64,000 bases of DNA from an uncultured delta proteobacterium (lineage in GTDB: Bacteria > Myxococcota_A > Polyangia > Polyangiales > Polyangiaceae): NCBI GenBank assembly GCA_963731595.1, contig CAVSWE010000003.1, forward strand, positions 44,948 through 108,947, read 5' to 3'. A program made the position numbers and the translations under genes. Below the pieces are notes generated by a model. The model saw only the letters and a list, made by a program, of their open reading frames with translations. It made no database searches and was not told the origin of the DNA. This document shows, piece after piece, positions 58,801-64,000 of this stretch. Positions within the stretch are counted from its first letter, which is position 1, and each line of letters begins with the position of its first letter.

Positions 58801-61800
58801 AGCGCCTCGGTCTCGACGAACACGCTCGAGAGCGCGCGGTGCGCGAGATCGGCCGCGCGCGGCGCCAGCACGACCTCGCCGTAGGTCGTGAGCTCAATCT
58901 CGCGCGACTCCGTGCCGTGGTTCGCGAGCGTGATGCGGCGGATCTCGGCGGGGTGCTCGGGCGAGACGACGATCTCGGTGGTCGTCTCGACGTCGCCGTC
59001 CCGCCGCACGATCGCGACGCGATCGATCGCGAGCTCCACGTCGTAGAAGTCGGGCTGCGCCTTCGTGGGCTGGTAGCCGGCCGACCACACCCGCCCCGAC
59101 GCGCGGTCGCGCAAGTAGACGTAGAGCCCTCCTGCTTCGAGCGCCTGGTCCTCGCGGAACCGGTAGACGTCGACGTCCCGCCAGGTCGTGAAGCCCTCGC
59201 CCAGCACGCTCACCGCGGTGGAGAGCTCTCCCTGCCCGAGCAGGTGGAGGCGCGCGAGCGGGGCCGCGCCCAAGCCGACGTGCTCGACCACGTCGAGCTC
59301 GGGCTCCTCGAGGACGGGCGTTCGGAGCTCGGCGGCGCGAAGCACGGCGAGCGGCGCGCGATTCGGCACGCGTTCTTCGAGCAGGAGCTCGGACGCCTTC
59401 ACCCGCGCGTCGGCGTGGAAACGGCGCGGCATCGGCGCGCCGTTCAGCGCGTTGTCGAGCGCGACGAGCGTCATGCCCTGGTGGTGCGCCATGAACGTCT
59501 TCACGACGACGCTCGTCTTGCCCGGCGACAGGCGCCGTGCGGTGAAGTCGACGGCGTCGTAGAAGCCATATTTCCCGAGCGCGCCCATGCGCTCGAGGGC
59601 GCGGAAGTTCTCGGCCGCCTCGCGCGGGCGGAGCTGCGCGGCGAGCGCGGTCGCGTACGGCGCGACGACGAGATCCTCGCCCAGCCCCGCCTTGAGTCCG
59701 AGCCCCGGCACGCCGAAGGCTCGGTATTGGTACGTCATCGCGAGGTCCATCAAGTGGAACGCCGACTCGGAGACGCCCCAAGGAACGCCACGCAGCGCGC
59801 CGTAGTCGATTTGCCGCTTCACGACGGCGCGGCACGTCGCGTCGAGCAGCGTGCCCGGCGCGCTCTTCGTCAGGAGCAGCGGCATGAGGTACTCGAACAT
59901 CGAGCCGCTCCACGACAAGAGCACGCGCTCGGACGTGGATTCGACGCGCCCCAGCGGCCGGCCGAGCCGAAACCAGTGCGCTCGCGGCGCGTCGCCCTTC
60001 GCGACCGCGACGAGGCTCGCGAGCCGCGCCTCCGACGCGAGCAAGTCGTAGCAGTCGTCGTCGCGTCGCCCGGCGCCGACGTCGTAGCCGATCGAGAAGA
60101 GCTTTCGCGGCTCGTCGAAGAGGAGGCGGAACGACATCCCGTCGGCGAGCGCGCGGGCGCGCGCGGCGATCGTCCGCAGCGAGCGCGAGAGGAACGCGAC
60201 GCGATCTTGGCTCGCGCGCTCGCGGGCCTCGTCCAACGCGTCGGAGAGCCCGCGGGCGGCGCAGGCGAGCCACTCGCGCATCTCGGGCGCGCCCTTCTCC
60301 GCCCAGGGCGCTTCGCGCGCGCGTCGGAGCGCGTCGGTGGCGTCCTCGAGCCCGCTCGAGCGCGTTCGCGCGTCCGCGATGCCGGCGCGGAGCGCGTCGA
60401 TCTCGGCGTGTGGCTGCACCTCGGACGCGAGCGCGAGCGCGTCGTCGGCCGCGTCGAAGAACGGCGGCAAGGCGAGCGGCGTGCGCGCGAGCTCCTCGCA
60501 AGCTTGCGCGACGGTCCACGAGTGCGCGGCGAGATTTCCGCTGTCGGCCGTCGACACGTACGCGGGCCCGAGCGGCGCGAGCGTCTGCGTGTCGTACCCG
60601 TTGAGAAGGTGGCCTTCGCGGCGCTCGAGCTGCTCGACCGTGTCGAGCGTCTCTTCGTACCGCCGCACCACCTCGCGCAGCGAGAGGTAGCCGAGATCGC
60701 GCGCCGCCGCGATCGACGTGAGGTAGAGCCCGATGCTGGTCGGCGACGTGCGATGCGCCACGACGCCGCGCGGGTCCTCCTGAAAGTTGTCGGGCGGCAG
60801 GAAATGGTCGTCCTCGGTGACGAACGTCTCGAAGAAGCGCCACGTCCGCCGCGCGACGCGACGCAGGAGCTCGCGGTCCGACGCTTCGAGCCGAGGCGCC
60901 CGCCGCCGGAGGGGCCGTGCGAGCGCCCACGCGATCGCCGGCGCGAGTATCCACGCGGCGAGCACAGGCGCCGCGATCGGGAGCGCGGCCGGCGCGTGCC
61001 ACGCGATCGCCGCCCCCTCTCCGGCCGCGAGCGCTCCGGCGAAGAGGAGACGCGCGGAAGGCCGCCGCCCGACGCGCCGCTCGGTTTGGCTCGTCGTCGT
61101 CCAGTCGAGCAGGTGGCGGCGACTCCAAAAGACACGGTAGAGCGTGCGAGCGATCGCGTCGGTGGCAAGGAGCGCCCCGTCGAGGAGGAAGATCGTCTGC
61201 ACGAGCGAGCTCCGCGCACAGGCCGCGACGTCCTCGCCGACGCCGCGCACGAAGTCGTTCGATCGACGCCTGCGCGTGGCGCTGAGCACGGCGCGCGTGC
61301 AGAGCGGCACGAAAAACAGCGCGATCAGCGCGGCCGTCGCGACGCCGGCCTGGCGCGAGCCGGCGAGCCAGCCGACGGAGCAGGCGAGCGCCAACGACGG
61401 CGCGATCGCGCTGCGACGCAGGTCGTCGACGATCTTCCAGCTCCCGAGCGCGCCGAGCTCGCGCGCGTCGCGAAGTAGCGACGGCAAGAGCTGCCAATCG
61501 CCGCGGATCCGCCCGTGCAGGCGCGCGGCGCCGACCTCGTACGAGGAAGGCTGCTCGTCGAGCACCTCCACGTCCGACGCGAGCGCGCTCCGCGCGAGGA
61601 TGCCCTCGAACAAGTCGTGGTGGAGGATCCGACCCGGCGCCACCGGTCCGTCGAGCGCGGCCCGGAACGCGTCGACGTCGTAGATCCCTTTGCCGACGAA
61701 GGAGCCCTGCCCCCAAAGGTCTTGGTAGAGACCGGACGTCGCCGTCGTGTACGCGTCGAGCGAGGTCGGCGTCGCCGTCACGCGCGACCAGAGCGTGCGA

Positions 61801-63845
61801 CGAGCGCTCGAAGGCAGCGTCCCCACGCGCGGCTGAACGATTGCGTGACCGCCGACGACGCGCCCGCCCGCGACGCGCGGCCGGTTGAGCGGGTGCGCGA
61901 GCGTCGCCGCGAGCATGCGCGCCGCGTCGCGCGGGAGGTCGGTGTCCGCGTCGAGCGTGAGGACGTATTTCACGCTTCGGAGGAGCTCTCGAGGCGCGGT
62001 CACGATCTCGTACGACGTGTCGTCGCGCCCGCGGAGCAGGCGATTCAGCTCCTCGAGCTTGCCGCGCTTTCGCTCCCAGCCCATCCACGTGCCGCTCGCG
62101 TCGCGCACGCGTCGCCGGTGCAAGAGGACGTAGCGGTGCGCCCCGGGTCCGCTCCAACGCGCCTCGAGCGCGGCGATCCCGCGGCGTGCGCGCTCGATCA
62201 GCGCGTCGTCCTCGGGCACGCGCGGTCGATCGGCGTCCGGCAGATCGGTGAGCAGGGCAAAATGCAGGTTCTCGTCGGGGTTCGCAAGCGACCGAACCTC
62301 GAGCGACTCGACGAGGCGCGTCACCGCCTCGGGCTCGTCGAGCACCGCGGGGAGCACGACGAGCGTTCGATGATCGGCGGGGACGCCCTTGCTCCACGCC
62401 ATCTTCGGGAGCACGCGCGGCGGCACCATCGCGACGACGAGCGCGTTCACGAGCGCGACGCCGAGCTCGCTCGCCGGGAGAGCCAAGAGCGCCGCGAGCA
62501 GAACGCCCGCGGGCCCGCCGTGCACCGCCGACGCGAAGGCGAGCCACGCGAGCCCGGTCGCGACGAGCACCGCGCCGAAATGGAACGGCGATGGACGCCG
62601 AACGATCGCGCGGCGGACACGCTCCTTCCATCGCGGACGGTACGCGAGCTTCTTCTCGAGGCGCGCGAGACCGTCGCCGACGAGCCAGTAGCCCACGTGC
62701 GCTCGTCGCGTCCGCGTCCCGCGCGTCGCCGCGGTGCGCGCGAGACGAACCGCGAGCTTCGCGACGTCTTGCTCGTGCCGAGCCGAGCGACGCGCGAGCC
62801 GTTCGACGGCGTGCCGGTAGCGATCGCGCGTCGCGACGTCCATCGCGACGTACGCGCGCGCCGGGTCGAGCCGCAGGCGCCGCTCGACGGCGCTCGTGCG
62901 CTCGAAGAACGCGTTCCAGTCGAGCGCGCCGATCGCGCGCATGCTCGTGATCGCGTTCCCGACCGCGACTCGATCGGCCGCTTGCTTCAGGTGATGCCGC
63001 CGCAAGAGCTCCTCCGGCGTCATGCCCATCCGTGCGCATCGCGCGCTCACCCAGTCGAATGCGGGCGCGAGCGGCGCGCCGTGCTCGCGAATCCGGCGCA
63101 GCAGGAGCGCGAGCAGCTCAGGTGTCACCGGCGGTTCCGTCTGCTCGAGCTCGGCGAGAGTCGCCGAGACGCGCTGGGGCGAGCGTCCCCTCTCGATCAC
63201 GCGCGTTGCCCACGTCTCGCCACGCTCTCGATTGCGCGCGCGCGCCTCGGACGGCGCGAGCGCGCCGACGGCGAGCACCAGCCCGACGCGCAGCATCATG
63301 GGGACCGCCCAGAGCTCGCCGATCGTGAGCCGTCGCACGCGCTGGTACGCGCGCACGTACCGCGTGAGCGTCGCGAGGTCGACGCGTCCGTCGGTGTGCC
63401 GCAAATAGTCGAGGCAGAGGCCGTAGACGCGGGGGTGCCCGCGCATCTTTCCGTCCGCGATGCGCGGGAGCTCGAGCAGGGAGCTCCACGGGAGAGCCTG
63501 CTCGACCTCGCGGATCTGGTCGTCGACGACGTGCGAGCTGTCGAGCAGCCACTCCTCCGCGGGTGACGGTTCGCGTGCTCGCTCCGCCGCGGGCGAGAGG
63601 ACCGCGTAGGCGCGCGCGATGCGCTCGCGCGCTTCGACGAAGCGCTGGCGCAGCGGTCCGGGCGGCGCGTCGCGCGAAGGTCGCCCGTGCGCGCGCGCCA
63701 CTTCGGCCGCGTGACGCTCGAGCCGCTCCGTCGTGTGAATTTCGCCGCGCAGGTGCGAGGCGTCGTCCCACTGCAGCGAGGCGACGACGCCCGGGCACGA
63801 CTCCGGCTCGCTCGCCGCCGTCGCGTGGCGCAGCGTCACGAGCAC
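55791..63845 (-). CDS. ndvB: Cyclic beta-1,2-glucan synthase (NdvB/ChvB/Cgs; GT84 + GH94)
   Basis: Single 2684-aa ORF. N-terminal membrane/GT region ('YVLTLDADTDLPRDAARMLAATLAHPLNRP'). C-terminal GH94 cellobiose-phosphorylase-like region ('WTWYTAAAGW...'). Size and architecture match characterised Cgs proteins. Confidence 0.8.
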   Translation of the reverse strand: MLVTLRHATAASEPESCPGVVASLQWDDASHLRGEIHTTERLERHAAEVARAHGRPSRDAPPGPLRQRFVEARERIARAYAVLSPAAERAREPSPAEEWLLDSSHVVDDQIREVEQALPWSSLLELPRIADGKMRGHPRVYGLCLDYLRHTDGRVDLATLTRYVRAYQRVRRLTIGELWAVPMMLRVGLVLAVGALAPSEARARNRERGETWATRVIERGRSPQRVSATLAELEQTEPPVTPELLALLLRRIREHGAPLAPAFDWVSARCARMGMTPEELLRRHHLKQAADRVAVGNAITSMRAIGALDWNAFFERTSAVERRLRLDPARAYVAMDVATRDRYRHAVERLARRSARHEQDVAKLAVRLARTAATRGTRTRRAHVGYWLVGDGLARLEKKLAYRPRWKERVRRAIVRRPSPFHFGAVLVATGLAWLAFASAVHGGPAGVLLAALLALPASELGVALVNALVVAMVPPRVLPKMAWSKGVPADHRTLVVLPAVLDEPEAVTRLVESLEVRSLANPDENLHFALLTDLPDADRPRVPEDDALIERARRGIAALEARWSGPGAHRYVLLHRRRVRDASGTWMGWERKRGKLEELNRLLRGRDDTSYEIVTAPRELLRSVKYVLTLDADTDLPRDAARMLAATLAHPLNRPRVAGGRVVGGHAIVQPRVGTLPSSARRTLWSRVTATPTSLDAYTTATSGLYQDLWGQGSFVGKGIYDVDAFRAALDGPVAPGRILHHDLFEGILARSALASDVEVLDEQPSSYEVGAARLHGRIRGDWQLLPSLLRDARELGALGSWKIVDDLRRSAIAPSLALACSVGWLAGSRQAGVATAALIALFFVPLCTRAVLSATRRRRSNDFVRGVGEDVAACARSSLVQTIFLLDGALLATDAIARTLYRVFWSRRHLLDWTTTSQTERRVGRRPSARLLFAGALAAGEGAAIAWHAPAALPIAAPVLAAWILAPAIAWALARPLRRRAPRLEASDRELLRRVARRTWRFFETFVTEDDHFLPPDNFQEDPRGVVAHRTSPTSIGLYLTSIAAARDLGYLSLREVVRRYEETLDTVEQLERREGHLLNGYDTQTLAPLGPAYVSTADSGNLAAHSWTVAQACEELARTPLALPPFFDAADDALALASEVQPHAEIDALRAGIADARTRSSGLEDATDALRRAREAPWAEKGAPEMREWLACAARGLSDALDEARERASQDRVAFLSRSLRTIAARARALADGMSFRLLFDEPRKLFSIGYDVGAGRRDDDCYDLLASEARLASLVAVAKGDAPRAHWFRLGRPLGRVESTSERVLLSWSGSMFEYLMPLLLTKSAPGTLLDATCRAVVKRQIDYGALRGVPWGVSESAFHLMDLAMTYQYRAFGVPGLGLKAGLGEDLVVAPYATALAAQLRPREAAENFRALERMGALGKYGFYDAVDFTARRLSPGKTSVVVKTFMAHHQGMTLVALDNALNGAPMPRRFHADARVKASELLLEERVPNRAPLAVLRAAELRTPVLEEPELDVVEHVGLGAAPLARLHLLGQGELSTAVSVLGEGFTTWRDVDVYRFREDQALEAGGLYVYLRDRASGRVWSAGYQPTKAQPDFYDVELAIDRVAIVRRDGDVETTTEIVVSPEHPAEIRRITLANHGTESREIELTTYGEVVLAPRAADLAHRALSSVFVETEALAGHDALLAHGRARSPTGEDVWLAQVLFAEGDAWTPGAEHDTSRASFLGRGRTTRDPIALDRPLAGTTGAALDPILALRKVVRLGPGGHARVTVTTALATSRARAVELAAISATPHLLPRAFELAWADARATLKHLGVSAAQSHRFQRLLSAIVFPQPALRSPIARHVLRGRGRGGLWTHGLGSDVPTVVVRIDVPELDELFAELLRAHEFLRVNGFAIDLVALDEEAPGYVQPQHQKLLSLVRASPSSSRLDRRGGVFIRRAHEMTEEERELLLADARVVLHASGGTLARQLRRLVQHAPERPRAFSSARERETEPVASAPRPALAFDNGLGGFTSDGREYVAIVSRDALAPTPWSNVMAWPHAGSLVTESGASFTWCENSQRHRLTPWSNDPISDPSGEAFFVRDDEDGSVWSPTPLPAGGDATFVVRHGQGWSSFEHQRGELACTLSTFVSPRERAKIWTLRIRNAGARTRRLSVYGIVEWVLGETRERSRASVMTDWDDAVPALFAENPLSLHPARCAFLVATRPVKSFSGDRDEVFGTAGTRAHPVALDRVAMSGRVGTGLDPCGALQVPVEIGPGETSTLSFVLGEGPSAGAARTIARHYRNPAVLERDLAETKRAWRRMQSAVVVKTPDPAFDALVNHWLVYQVASCRLWGRSAFHESSGAYGFGERIQDVLALLHARPDLAREHLVRAAGRQFVEGDVQSWWHPGTGEGARTRSADDMVWLPYAVAEYVRFTGDETILDERVTFLKEPPLAGDEEERFGAPAVTRERASVYTHCARALDFAVARAGGTSAVGGGDKPWLLEEALRDFTAIARARRDATRVAKHEAELAMLAHEDASPVSPAQRLAVLGDGDDASELFAMLDPIRRSDSREKMLRYAVEPYLVAGDAPRAPPGRGGWTWYTAAAGWTLRIAIERVLGLRREGPRLRIEPCVPRAWERFEIDYRDGEGVVHVVVENPERVARGVRSIELEGRPIESVPLTGAPGRREVRVVMGRARS

Positions 63846-64000
63846 TCCGAGAACGTGATCATCGCGGCTCCGTGCGCTTCGCCGTTGCAGCCCGCGTGCC
63901 TCGTCAAAACCGGCCGATTCGCGCGCGCGCTCGCGCGGTCAGGCGCTCGCGTCGTCTTCCGCCACGTGCGCGGGCGCGTTACTCTCCGCGCCCGTCATGC

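Noticed and set aside
56281-61478. Long ORFs 56281..58740(-), 58095..61478(+) and 58894..63039(-)
   Set aside because: They are alternative frames or antisense within the 8-kb cgs gene. Only the 55791..63845 frame has GT84/GH94 homology.
1-64000. CRISPR arrays, rRNA and tRNA genes
   Set aside because: No regularly spaced direct repeats and no rRNA-like conserved stretches were seen on reading. tRNAs cannot be excluded without a cloverleaf search (tRNAscan-type), but no obvious candidates were noticed in intergenic regions.

Overview
This 64 kb window has very high GC, roughly 70 to 75 percent, apart from a patch of about 50 to 55 percent GC at roughly 15.3 to 18.1 kb. It reads as a mosaic accessory region from a high-GC Gram-negative genome, probably myxobacterial or deltaproteobacterial. 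No rRNA, tRNA or CRISPR was recognised by eye.

The first 6 kb and 11.8 to 13.6 kb hold nested mobile-element remnants. These are an IS481-like HTH fragment, a 3'-truncated IS66 TnpC, a large serine recombinase whose 3' fragment abuts an intact IS3 (orfA/orfB), a disrupted IS630-family transposase and an IS3 orfA stub. At 6.5 to 11.7 kb, between these elements, sits a same-strand block of five secreted lipoproteins: a BNR/Asp-box protein split by a frameshift, a 132-aa protein with 16 cysteines in CC doublets, and three proteins of unknown function.

At 13.9 to 18.1 kb there is a DUF2779 nuclease-like gene next to a low-GC island carrying a PD-(D/E)xK-like hypothetical and an FRG-like remnant. 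At 18.1 to 22.6 kb a Hen1 methyltransferase gene is translationally coupled to an apparently full-length Pnkp (the bacterial RNA repair pair), with Hen1 upstream and seemingly lacking its N-terminal domain, followed by an ADP-ribosylglycohydrolase pseudogene.

At 22.6 to 37.7 kb lies an anaerobic benzoyl-CoA pathway locus. It contains oah/bamA, a dch-like hydratase, an embedded tetR, class I ATP-dependent benzoyl-CoA reductase bcrCBAD, a had-like Zn-ADH and a MocA/MobA-like gene on the minus strand. Divergent from these are a DRE-TIM lyase-like gene, hcrCAB-like 4-hydroxybenzoyl-CoA reductase genes, ric/ytfE and a Crp/Fnr regulator. bcrB, bcrA and bcrD each show a frameshift.

At 37.7 to 43.5 kb there is a tightly coupled five-gene minus-strand cassette: FAAL, SDR reductase, ACP, acyl-CoA dehydrogenase, and B12-binding radical SAM. 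It looks like an undescribed acyl-ACP tailoring or lipid biosynthesis system. The remaining 43.5 to 64 kb carries miscellaneous genes (a ferritin-like lipoprotein, a GFA-family protein, an acyltransferase, a hydrolase) and a DNA-repair neighbourhood (PolX-PHP, a standalone ATP-dependent ligase, a standalone LigD polymerase domain). It also carries a GH5 glycosidase, a Tat aldo/keto reductase and an intact 2684-aa cyclic beta-1,2-glucan synthase.

Apparent frameshifts or stops are concentrated in a subset of genes, several at short homopolymer runs. Very long ORFs elsewhere are intact.
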